64,000 nt of DNA from Flavobacteriales bacterium (GTDB lineage Bacteria > Bacteroidota > Bacteroidia > Flavobacteriales_F > PHOS-HE28): positions 3,794 through 67,793 of the forward strand of contig JADJCX010000018.1 of NCBI GenBank assembly GCA_016703005.1, written 5' to 3'. The notes under the pieces were generated by a model. The model did no database searches, was not told where the DNA came from, and saw only the letters and a list, made by a program, of their open reading frames with translations. Made by a program: the position numbers and the translations under genes. The first letter of the stretch is position 1; each line of letters starts with the position of its first letter. Positions 8,412-18,339 of the stretch are shown one piece after another.

Positions 8412-10848
8412 ATGGCCATGACTGCCGAGACAAGCACTCTGGTGCTGCCCGTGGAGAACATGGACAGCGAGCACTGCGCGCTGATCGTGGACAAGGCCCT
8501 GGCCACCGTTCCATCGGTGACCGCCCACCATGTGGAGCTGGACAACCGCAGCGCGGTGATCGAGAGCACCACGCCCGTGGAGGCCGTGCGCGATGTGGTG
8601 AAGGCCATCCGCGACAACGGGTACGATGTACCCACCCTGAGGCGCACTTTTCCCGTGACCGGCATGACCTGCGCGAGCTGCGTGAGCAGCGTGGAGAGCA
8701 TGCTGCTTGCCCAGCCCGGTGTGATGAACGCCGCCGTGAACCTGGCCACCAACACCGTGCAGGTGGAGTATGTACCCGGTGTGATCGATGAACGCCGCAT
8801 GCGCGCGGTGGTGCAGAGCATCGGCTACGACCTGCTCATCAGCGAAGAGCGCGAGGCGACCGCCGACCTGGAGGCGATCCAGCGCGCACGCATGACCTCG
8901 CTGAAGCAACGCCTGTGGGCCTCCATCGCACTGAGCACACCGCTGGTGGTCATCGGCATGTTCGTCATGCACGAGCCGTGGGCCAACTTCGTGATGTGGG
9001 CCTTGAGCACACCGGTGGTGCTCGTCTTCGGCCGCTCCTTCTTCATCAACGCATGGAAGCAGGCGAAACACCGCAGCGCCAACATGGACACGCTGGTCGC
9101 CCTGAGCACGGGCGTGGCCTATGTTTTCAGCGTCTTCAACACCACCTACCCTTCGTTCTGGACCAGCCGCGGGCTGATGCCCCACGTCTACTTCGAGGCG
9201 GCGGCGGTGGTCATCACCTTCATCCTGCTCGGCAAGTTCCTGGAGGAACGCGCCAAGGCCGGGACCAGCAGCGCCATCAAGAAACTGATGGGCCTGCGCC
9301 CCAGCACCGTGCTGCGCGAAGGGAGCAACGGTCAGACCAGTGAAGTGCCCATCGCCGATGTCAACGTGGACGACATCCTGGTGGTGCGTCCGGGCGAGAG
9401 CATAGCGGTGGACGGGGAGGTGATCGGCGGCGAGAGCTACGTGGACGAAAGCATGCTCAGCGGTGAGCCGGTGCCCGTGGCGAAGCTCGTGGGCGCGCAG
9501 GTGCTGGCCGGCACCATCAACCAGAAGGGCAGCTTGCGCATGAAGGCCCGCAAGGTCGGTGCCGCCACATTGCTGGCGCAGATCGTGCGCACCGTGCAGG
9601 ACGCACAGGGCAGCAAGGCGCCCGTGCAGAAGCTCGTGGACAAGATCGCGGGCGTCTTCGTGCCCATCGTCATCGGCATCGCGCTTCTCAGCGCCATCGT
9701 GTGGTGGGTCTTCGGAGGCGAGCATGCGTTCACCCAAGGACTGTTGGCCATGGTCACCGTGCTGGTGATCGCCTGCCCGTGCGCACTGGGTCTTGCCACG
9801 CCCACCGCCATCATGGCCGGCATGGGCAAGGGCGCCGAGAACGGGATCCTCATCAAGGACGCCGAAAGCCTGGAGCGCGCACGCAAGATCACCGCCATCG
9901 TGCTGGACAAGACCGGCACCATCACCGAAGGCAAGCCGGATGTGGTGGAGGCCGTAGGCCTCGACGACCAGGAAGCCGCCGCAGCGCTGCTCGCCATCGA
10001 GTCCCGATCGGAGCATCCCCTTGGCGGAAGCGGTGACACGCCACCTGCACACCATCGGCATTCATCAAGCACCAGAGGTAACCGGCTTCGAAAGCCTCAC
10101 CGGCAAGGGCGTGAAAGCCACGGTGAACGGAACCATCTGGTACGTCGGCAACGAGCGCTTGCTCGAAGAGAACGGCATCGTTGTCGAGGGTGCCTACCGC
10201 GAACGGGAGCGGACCTGGCAGGAAGCCGCGCACACCGTGATCTGGTTCGCCGATGCGAAAGAAGTGCGTGCCGCCGTGGCCATCGCAGACCGCATCAAGC
10301 CCAGCGCGATTCAGGCCATCGCCCGGCTGAAAGAGGCCGGTGTGAAGGTCTTCATGCAGACCGGCGATTCGCGGCGCACCGCTCAGGCGGTGGCAAAGGC
10401 AGTGGGCATCGATGACTTCCGCAGCGAAGTGCTGCCCTCAGACAAGGCCGCTTTCGTTACCGCCCTGCAGCAACAAGGCCATGTGGTGGCCATGGTGGGC
10501 GACGGCATCAACGACAGCGAAGCGCTCGCCAAGGCGGACGTGAGCATCGCCATGGGCCAAGGCAGCGACATCGCCATGGACGTGGCGCGCATGACACTCA
10601 TCAGTACCGACCTCAACGCCATCCCACGCGCGATCACGCTCTCGCGCAAGACCGTCAACCTCATCCGCCAGAACCTCTTCTGGGCATTCATCTACAATGT
10701 GTTGGGCATCCCGATCGCGGCCGGTATCCTGTATCCCATCAACGGCTTCCTGCTGAACCCCATGATCGCCGGTGCGGCCATGGCCTTCAGCAGCGTGAGC
10801 GTGGTGAGCAACAGCCTGCGCCTCCGTTGGGCCCGGCTCGACAATTGA
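8412..10848 (+). CDS. copA: copper-translocating P1B-type ATPase (CopA), interrupted by a single-base frameshift near 10017 to 10020 (C4 run)
   Basis: Two N-terminal HMA domains (first degenerate SEHCAL, second [12 protein letters not shown]). CPC motif [20 protein letters not shown] phosphorylation site. The first ORF breaks after SEHPL. The continuation AEAVTRHL ... [11 protein letters not shown] ... resumes in the +1 frame from 10021. An intact gene would have ccc where cccc is seen. Confidence 0.85.
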
Positions 10849-10874
10849 CCGAACGACCTATACCTCCAACGATC

Positions 10875-11768
10875 ATGAAAACCCTCCTCTCCCTCATCGC
10901 GCTACCAGCGCTGCTGTTCTTCAGCAGTTGCAGCGCGCAGATCAAGAACGCGCAGAGCACCATCGTGCGCATCACCGGTAATTGCGGCATGTGCGAGAAG
11001 ACCATCGAGAAGGTCGCCTACGTGAAGGGCGAAGCGGAAGCTGATTGGGATGTGGACGCCAAGACCGCGCGCATCACCTTCGACAGCACACGCACCAGCA
11101 TGGATGCCGTGCTGCAACGCATCGCCTACGCGGGTTATGACAGCGAACGCTACCTCGCTCCCGATGCCGCCTATGCCGCGCTGCCCGGTTGCTGCCAATA
11201 CGTGCGCACGTTCAAGAAGGCGCCGTTGACCACGACTCCGGTCGAACATGCCGGGCATGAAGGCATGGGCACGGACCATGCGCAACATGGCAGCACTTCC
11301 CCCGATACGCTTGCGGCGCAAGTACCGGCGAACCCAAAGTCCGATCAGTTCAATGGTCTCTTCACCGCCTATTTCGCTCTGAAGGACGCGCTCGTGGCTT
11401 CGGATGCGAAGAAGGCTGCGGCCCATGCTTCCGAATTGTCCGCTGCCGTGAAGGCCGTGAAGATGGAACGCATGGGACCCGAGCTACATGGTGTTTGGAT
11501 GCAAGTGATGGAGCCGCTCGCGAACATCAGCGCGGGCATCGCTTCGAAGACGGATATCGAGGCGCAGCGCAAGGCCTTCGCCGAACTTTCAGCACCCATC
11601 CTCGCGCTGGTGAAGGTCGCGCCGCGCCCGGAGCCGGTCTATTACGACCACTGCCCCATGTACGAGGGCGGCGCGGACTGGCTGAGCCAGGAGAAAGGCA
11701 TCAAGAACCCGTTCTATGGTTCGATGATGCTCACCTGTGGCAGCTTGAAGGAGACCATCACGAAGTAA
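10875..11768 (+). CDS. lipoprotein with N-terminal HMA-like domain and DUF3347-like C-terminal region ending in a CPM metal motif
   Basis: Signal and lipobox MKTLLSLIALPALLFFSSC. HMA-like ITGNCGMCEKTIEK. C-terminus YYDHCPMYEGGADWLSQ ... MLTCGS. Copper context. Confidence 0.55.
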   Translation: MKTLLSLIALPALLFFSSCSAQIKNAQSTIVRITGNCGMCEKTIEKVAYVKGEAEADWDVDAKTARITFDSTRTSMDAVLQRIAYAGYDSERYLAPDAAYAALPGCCQYVRTFKKAPLTTTPVEHAGHEGMGTDHAQHGSTSPDTLAAQVPANPKSDQFNGLFTAYFALKDALVASDAKKAAAHASELSAAVKAVKMERMGPELHGVWMQVMEPLANISAGIASKTDIEAQRKAFAELSAPILALVKVAPRPEPVYYDHCPMYEGGADWLSQEKGIKNPFYGSMMLTCGSLKETITK

Positions 11769-11786
11769 TGCCCGCGATCACGCCCC

Positions 11787-14089
11787 ATGGACCTGCTTCG
11801 CTTCCTCCGCATCGCGATCCAGTTGATCGCCCTGTTGATCTTCCTGCTGAGCGGAGACTTGGCCACTGCGCAGGACGGATATGGTACACGCGCATTGGGC
11901 ACCTCGGTGCCGAGCGGCGACTTCACTCCGCGCACTAACCGCTATGACCTCACCATCCGGGATACCATCGTCAACTACACGGGCAAGGCGCGCAAGGCCT
12001 TCACGGTGAACGGGCAGATGCCCATGCCCACCCTCACCTTCACCGAAGGCGATACGGCAGAGATCGTGGTGCACAACGCCATGGAAAAGGAGGAGACCTC
12101 CTTGCACTGGCACGGCATCATCCTGCCGTATCAGCTGGACGGCGTACCCTACCTGACCACGGCCCCTATAAAGGCCGGTGAAACACAGGTGTACAAGTTC
12201 CCCCTTTTGCAGAGCGGCACCTACTGGTACCACTCGCACACCAAGTTGCAAGAGCAGAACGGCATGCACGGCGCGCTCATCATCCACAAGCGGAATGTGG
12301 AGCCCATGCCCGAGCAAGTGCTTATCCTGAGCGAGTGGACGGACATGAAGCCCTTCGAGGTGCACCGCCGCCTGCACAGCGCGAACGATTGGAGCGCCAT
12401 CAAAAGCACCGGATCCGGCCGGGCACCGTGCAGAGCTACAGCGATGCCATCAAGGACGGTGCGCTCGGCGTGAAGCTCACCAACGAGTGGAAGCGCATGA
12501 ACGCCATGGACGTGAGCGATGTCTACTACGACCTCCTTTTCGCCAACGGCAAACCCGTGGACGAAGCGCCGCGGTTCAAGGCCGGTGAGCGTGTGCGCGT
12601 GCGGCTGATCAACGGCGGGGCGAGCAGCTACTTCTGGATCACTTATGCCGGTGGGAAGATGACCGTGGTGGCCAGCGACGGCATCGATGTGGAACCGGTG
12701 GAGGTCGACCGCTTCATCATGGGCATCGCCGAGACCTACGACATCATCGTGACCATACCGGCGGACAGCACGGCCTATGAACTGGTGGCCACCAGCGAGG
12801 ATCGGGTACGCTCCACCTCCCTGTGGCTCGGCAGCGGCATCCGGCAGCTCGCCGCACCGCTCCAGCCGCTGAAGTACTTCGCCGGTATGGAGATGATGAA
12901 CGACATGATGAAGATGAACGGCGACCTCGATGACATGGGCATGAACATGAGCCTCCAGCAGATGGACATGAACGTGGTGATGTACCCGAGATCACCGGCG
13001 CGAAAGCGACACCCGTTGAAGGTGCAGGACATTCCCATGGTGGTGACGAATACAACAGCAATGCGCTGTCCAACATCGTCACGCTCAACTACGCCATGTT
13101 GCGTTCACCCACCAGCACCGCGCTGCCGCCCGGGCCCGTAAAGGAGATGCGCTTCGAGCTCACCGGCAACATGAACCGCTACCTCTGGGCCATCGACAAC
13201 AAGACCGTTTCGGAGACGGACCGCATCCTGATCCGCAAGGGCGAGAACGTGCGCATCATCCTCTACAACAACAGCATGATGCGGCACCCGATGCACCTGC
13301 ACGGCCACTTCTTCCGGGTGGTGAACGGTCAGGGAGACCACTCGCCGCTGAAGAACGTGCTCGACATCATGCCCATGGAGACGGACACCATCGAGTTCGC
13401 CGCCACCGAAACGGGCGACTGGTTCTTCCACTGCCACATCCTCTACCACATGATGAGCGGCATGGGCCGTGTGTTCACTTACGAAGGGACCGGCGCCGAA
13501 CCCGCAACTGCCCGATGTGAAGAAAGCCGCGCGCCTGTTCTCCCGCGACGACAAGGAATGGCACTTCATGGTACAGAACGACTTCGCCACGAACGGCAAC
13601 GACGGCGAGGCCATGTACATGAACAAGCGCTGGAACCTGCAGAGCGAATGGCGCTTGGGCTACATGGAGGAACACGGCCAGGAAGTGGAGACCCACTTCG
13701 GTCGCTACTTCGGCAAGATGCAATGGCTGTTCGTGAACGTGGGCCTGGACTGGCGCACACGCGAAGGACACGGCGGCAACGATCCGGAGGATAACCTCTT
13801 CGGGCAGACCAATACCAAGAACAGCCGGAGCGTGGGGCATATCGGATTCCAGTACACCCTGCCGATGCTCCTGGTCCTTGACGTGCGCATCGACACCGAT
13901 GGCCAACTGCGGTCACAACTGATGCGTGAGGACATCCCGCTAACGCCCCGGATGCGGATGGACCTGATGTACAACACCGATCTGGAGTACATGGCCGGCC
14001 TGCGCTATGTGCTGGACAAGACGTGGGCGATAAGGGCGCACTACGATAGTGACATGGGCTTGGGCGTGGGCATGACGATGAGCTACTGA
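11787..14089 (+). CDS. multicopper oxidase (CopA/PcoA-like) fused to a CopB-like C-terminal region; reading frame broken 3 times (about 12425, 12988, 13503)
   Basis: Four consecutive overlapping ORFs are collinear with a single roughly 765-aa protein. Cupredoxin motifs HWHGIILP, WYHSHT, HPMHLHGH, HCHILYHMMSGM. The final roughly 200 aa (EWHFMVQNDFATNG ... GLDWRTREG ... YDSDMGLGVGM) resemble the outer-membrane CopB family. The breaks sit at CCGGAG read as CCGAG, at a C run, and in a GC-rich run. Confidence 0.75.
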
Positions 14090-14134
14090 GGTCTGTCCGT
14101 TTGAGGGTGCATTCCATTGCGCGATCTTGGCGGC

Positions 14135-15346
14135 ATGAAACACATCTTGCTCTTCATGGTGATCATGGCGGTCGGGTCAACATCCGCCCAGAACCCGGTC
14201 ATACAGATCGTCCTTGACGCAGTGAGCACCGACAGTTTGGTCAGCTATGTCAGTCAACTCAGCGGCGAAACGACCGTGGATGTGGGCAACGGACCCGAGA
14301 TGATCGTAAGCCGCCACAAGTTGAACGCTGGTAATGCTGTTGCCCAAGCATGGCTGCAGCAGAAGCTCACCGAATTCGGTTATGCGCCGACAACGCAATC
14401 GTTCAGCGCAACCGGGTTCAATGTGCTTGCCGAAAAAACCGGTGCGCTCCATCCCGATAGCAGGGTGATCATTTGCGGCCACTACGATGCCATGCCCGGC
14501 GGCATAGCCGCTGCACCGGCTGCCGATGACGATGGCAGCGGAACGTGTAGTGTGCTTGAAGCTGCACGGATCCTTGCACCGTACACCTTCGAACACACCA
14601 TCGTATTCGCTCTATGGGATGAGGAGGAACAAGGGAAGATCGGCAGCCTCTTCTACGCTGGGGTTTCCGCCGCCAACGACGATACGATCCATGCCGTGGT
14701 GAATATGGATGCCATTGCTTATGATGGCAACGGCGACGGACTTGCACGCATCCACACGCGACCGGTCGCGAACAGCCTTGCCATCAAGGACACGGCGCTT
14801 GCGGTCAATACTGATTACGGCCTCAACATCAACTTGGCCATCAATAACCCGGGCGCCACGTATAGCGATCACGCCAGTTTCTGGACCGAAGGTTACGGCG
14901 CCATCCTTGTCATCGAGGATTTCGATAACGACGGCAACCCGCACTATCACACACCGACCGACCTGCTGCAGTACCTCACCCAAAGCATGTGGAGCGACCT
15001 CACCAAGTTGAGCATCGGTACGGTGGCCACCCTTGCCATACCGTACAACAACAACTTGGCCTTAGTTGAAAGAGCTGCACCTACCGCCCAGCTCTTCGCT
15101 TTTCCTGTGCCGTCGGAAGGAGATGCGCGTGTTTGGGTGGAGAGCCGCACCGCAGGAAGGGCGAGGTTGGAATTGGTTGACGCTATGGGTCGCACCATGT
15201 ACCTATTGCACGAAGGCCCGCTCGCACAGGGCAAGCAGGCCTTCGACGTACCGTTGGGCGATCTGGCGCCCGGGAGCTATCGCGCCGTTCTCACCTCTTC
15301 GGACGGAACCAAGAGTTCCGTTGCACTGGTGCGCACGGCGCAGTGA
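14135..15346 (+). CDS. M28-family zinc aminopeptidase with T9SS C-terminal sorting domain
   Basis: Signal peptide MKHILLFMVIMAVGSTSAQ. HYDAMPGG ... DDDGSGTCSVLEAARIL and DHASF motifs. C-terminal roughly 90 aa is CTD-like (LFAFPVPSEG ... GSYRAVL). Confidence 0.7.
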   Translation: MKHILLFMVIMAVGSTSAQNPVIQIVLDAVSTDSLVSYVSQLSGETTVDVGNGPEMIVSRHKLNAGNAVAQAWLQQKLTEFGYAPTTQSFSATGFNVLAEKTGALHPDSRVIICGHYDAMPGGIAAAPAADDDGSGTCSVLEAARILAPYTFEHTIVFALWDEEEQGKIGSLFYAGVSAANDDTIHAVVNMDAIAYDGNGDGLARIHTRPVANSLAIKDTALAVNTDYGLNINLAINNPGATYSDHASFWTEGYGAILVIEDFDNDGNPHYHTPTDLLQYLTQSMWSDLTKLSIGTVATLAIPYNNNLALVERAAPTAQLFAFPVPSEGDARVWVESRTAGRARLELVDAMGRTMYLLHEGPLAQGKQAFDVPLGDLAPGSYRAVLTSSDGTKSSVALVRTAQ

Positions 15347-15985
15347 TCACAGTTTCACGAACGGCTTGATGACAGCGCGACGACCGCGGTCCATCACCAA
15401 GTAGTACTGTCCCGAAGGCAGGCCAACGAGGTTCACGGTGTTCACCCGATTGTCCTGAACCGCCTGGGTGCGGAGCAGTCGGCCGTCGGCGCCTAGGATG
15501 TCGACGGATACCACGCCGGTGCAACCCTTCAGCGAAAGCATCACTTTCTCGTCCGCGGGCACCGGGTACAATGAAATGGCCTTGCTACCTGCCACGGGTG
15601 CAACACTGTTCGGGTCCAAAACGGTGATCGTACCGAATTGGGTGGTGGAGTGGAAGGCCCCATTGAACTCGCCGGTGCAGTGGTAATCCCAAACGCCTGC
15701 GGCATTGAAGGTGTGCGAGAAGGTCCAAGGTGAATTCACGGTGATGCCGCTATTGCTGAACCCATCCGGATTGTCAGGGAACATGTCCAACTGGGCATAC
15801 ACGTTATGCGAACCACTGATACAGTTCCACTGCACGATGTCGCCGATGTTGATCGTAATGAACTGTTGATCGTAGTAGGGGAGGTTGTTGGGGTCGAGCA
15901 ATGACCCGCCAACTTCAACCTGGTGGGTGACTTGCGCGGCAACCGCCAACGGTGCCAAAGCGAAAAGCGTAACGAGTTTCATCAT
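15347..15985 (-). CDS. cupredoxin-like (possible type-1 blue copper) protein with T9SS C-terminal sorting domain
   Basis: Signal peptide MMKLVTLFALAPLAVAAQ. Candidate copper ligands GSHNV, YHC, AFH. C-terminus ISLYPVPADEKV ... GQYYLVMD is CTD-like. Confidence 0.45.
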   Translation of the reverse strand: MMKLVTLFALAPLAVAAQVTHQVEVGGSLLDPNNLPYYDQQFITINIGDIVQWNCISGSHNVYAQLDMFPDNPDGFSNSGITVNSPWTFSHTFNAAGVWDYHCTGEFNGAFHSTTQFGTITVLDPNSVAPVAGSKAISLYPVPADEKVMLSLKGCTGVVSVDILGADGRLLRTQAVQDNRVNTVNLVGLPSGQYYLVMDRGRRAVIKPFVKL

Positions 15986-16086
15986 GGAATGATCGGTTAT
16001 CTGGTTGTTCGCAAAGGAAGGGGCTGCTGGTCCCCGTTGGTGGCAAAGAAATCGGTCGGGCTGGGAAAGCCTCAGCGTCGTATTGG

Positions 16087-18273
16087 TCACTTCTTCATAC
16101 CCAGGCCCGCATCAATATGGTCCAGCACCTTGGTCATTAGGTGCAGGCGGTCCTTACCGCGCACGTTGTGGGCATGTCCGGGATACTCGAAGTAGTCCAC
16201 CTGGACACCCTTATCCACGCAGTTTTTCACGAAGGTCAGGCTGTGCTCGCGGAGCACCGTATCGTCCATGGTTCCATGTATCAAGAGCAAGTCGCCCTTG
16301 AGCTGATCGGCTTTGTCCGTGAGCATGCTCGTCGCGTAACCCTCCGGATTTTCCGCTGGTGTGTCCATGTACCGCTCGGTATACATCACTTCGTACATCC
16401 CCCAATCCATTACCGGGCCGCCAGCGACCCCCACTTTGAACAGGCCGGGCTTCTTCAGCATCAAGCTTGTTGTCATGAAACCACCATAGCTCCAGCCGTG
16501 TATCGCCATGCGTTCGCCGTCCACGTATGGAAGCGTCTTTAAGTACTCGGCACCCGCGACTTGGTCATCGACTTCCACAGCCCCTAAGCGGCGATGGACC
16601 ATCTGTTCGAACGCCAGACCGCGATGTTCGCTGCCATGTCCATCCACAGTGAACACCAGATATCCTCGGTTGGCGGCATGCAGCATCCAGGGCGAAGCTC
16701 CACCGAGGAACGAGTTGCTGACCAGTTGCACGTGCGGTCCATTGTATACGTAAACGATCACAGGGTATTTCTTCGCTGGGTCGAAGCCGCTTGGCTTGAT
16801 CAACCGAGCGTTCAAGCGATCGCCGTTGGCGCCGGGTATGGTGAACAGTTCCGTTGCCCCGATGGAAAATCCAGCGTAGGGGTTCCTGCTGTCCAACAGG
16901 ATCTTCAAAACCTGCCCGCTGCGCGCATCTACAAGTTGGGTCCTGCTCGAAACGCTGGTGCTGCTCCACTGGTCGATCACGCGGCCGTCGTCCACTTGGC
17001 ACAAATGGGTGCCGGCTTCCTGGGTGATGCGTTCGGTTTTTCCGGTCGACAGTTCTACCTTAAAGAGATGCAGTTCGCAGCTACCCATGTCGCCTAGCGC
17101 GGTGCCGGGTCCATCTTCGGCAGTGCCTTGGATGTACACGTATTCCTCTTTCTCATCGGTGCCGAGAAGGTCCGTCACCGCCCAAGCACCCTTGGTCAAC
17201 TGGCGCAAGAGGCCGTTCTTGAGGTCATACAGGTAGAGGTGCTGCCAGCCATCGCGCACGCTCCACCAGATGTATTGCCCTCCTTTCTTTTCGAGGATGT
17301 GCGCGGGATGCAGCGGCTCCAGCCACTTGTCGTTTTTCTCCTCCAGAAGTGTCTTCACCGGCGCACCGGTTTTCACATCGTACTGCACCAGACGAAGGTG
17401 ATCGGTAGCCCTGTTCAGGTGTGTGATATACACGAATTGCCCACTGTGGTCCCAAGCGATGTTGGTGAGGTACTGATCCCGGGGCTCGCCGGTTACCAAG
17501 AAGGTGGTCTTGCGTGTGCGCACATCGAACACCCCGAGTGTTACGTGATGGCTCGTTTGTCCGGCCATCGGATAGCGCAGTTTGTTGAACGTGCTCGGCT
17601 TGGTGCTGATGTCTTCCACGTAGTATGGCGTCACCATGCTTTCGTCCATGCGATAGAATGCGAGCAGATCCCCGCTCGGACTCCAGAACGTCCCTTTCGT
17701 AATGCCGTATTCCTGGCGGTGAACACTTTGCCCATTCACGACCCCGTCCACCGTGTCGGCTGTAACAGCAATGTTCTCTTTCTGTCCCGGCTGTGCGATG
17801 TAGAGGTTCTGGCCGACGGTATAGGCAACTTGGTGTTGCTTCTCATCGGTGTCCTGGTTCGCGGCTTCCGGCAGCATGCGCAAGCGCTCGCTGAGCTTGC
17901 TGCTTTTGCGATCCCACACGAACACGCGATCGTTGTGCATGAAGCTGAATTGCGTGCTGCCTTCCCAGACCACACCCGGGAACCGCTTCAATTGCGCATC
18001 CTCCGCCAGACCTGCATTCAGGTCGGCCAGTTTCACCATGGGTGCATCAGCGCTCTTGCCGATGGTGCCCGACCAAAGGGTATCGCCCTTGATGTGGCAA
18101 TAGGTGCCGGTGCCGGGTATCCATTGCAGACCACGTAGTCGTTGCGGTGCCAGATCGGTGCCGGCCTTCAATATTGCATCGGACAAGGTGAGCGGCTTGA
18201 GCCTCTCCTGTGCACGGAGTTGGCAAGAGGATGCAATGAGCAATACGGCAAGGAAAACACGCGAACGGAGCAT
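16087..18273 (-). CDS. dipeptidyl-peptidase IV (S9B family)
   Basis: 728 aa. Signal peptide. N-terminal beta-propeller region. Catalytic GWSYGG motif with downstream Asp and His (HGTMDD ... GHAH). Confidence 0.85.
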   Translation of the reverse strand: MLRSRVFLAVLLIASSCQLRAQERLKPLTLSDAILKAGTDLAPQRLRGLQWIPGTGTYCHIKGDTLWSGTIGKSADAPMVKLADLNAGLAEDAQLKRFPGVVWEGSTQFSFMHNDRVFVWDRKSSKLSERLRMLPEAANQDTDEKQHQVAYTVGQNLYIAQPGQKENIAVTADTVDGVVNGQSVHRQEYGITKGTFWSPSGDLLAFYRMDESMVTPYYVEDISTKPSTFNKLRYPMAGQTSHHVTLGVFDVRTRKTTFLVTGEPRDQYLTNIAWDHSGQFVYITHLNRATDHLRLVQYDVKTGAPVKTLLEEKNDKWLEPLHPAHILEKKGGQYIWWSVRDGWQHLYLYDLKNGLLRQLTKGAWAVTDLLGTDEKEEYVYIQGTAEDGPGTALGDMGSCELHLFKVELSTGKTERITQEAGTHLCQVDDGRVIDQWSSTSVSSRTQLVDARSGQVLKILLDSRNPYAGFSIGATELFTIPGANGDRLNARLIKPSGFDPAKKYPVIVYVYNGPHVQLVSNSFLGGASPWMLHAANRGYLVFTVDGHGSEHRGLAFEQMVHRRLGAVEVDDQVAGAEYLKTLPYVDGERMAIHGWSYGGFMTTSLMLKKPGLFKVGVAGGPVMDWGMYEVMYTERYMDTPAENPEGYATSMLTDKADQLKGDLLLIHGTMDDTVLREHSLTFVKNCVDKGVQVDYFEYPGHAHNVRGKDRLHLMTKVLDHIDAGLGMKK

Positions 18274-18339
18274 GGACTGTTGATAAGGTGGGCAAAGATG
18301 CGCGGCCGCCTTACACCAGCGGCGCGCCAGAAAAAATCC

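Noticed and set aside
10017-10021. Programmed ribosomal frameshift in copA producing a CopZ-like truncated product
   Set aside because: The known copA programmed frameshift lies after the first HMA domain. Here the break is in the nucleotide-binding domain at a simple C-run length error, and an identical error class affects essential genes.
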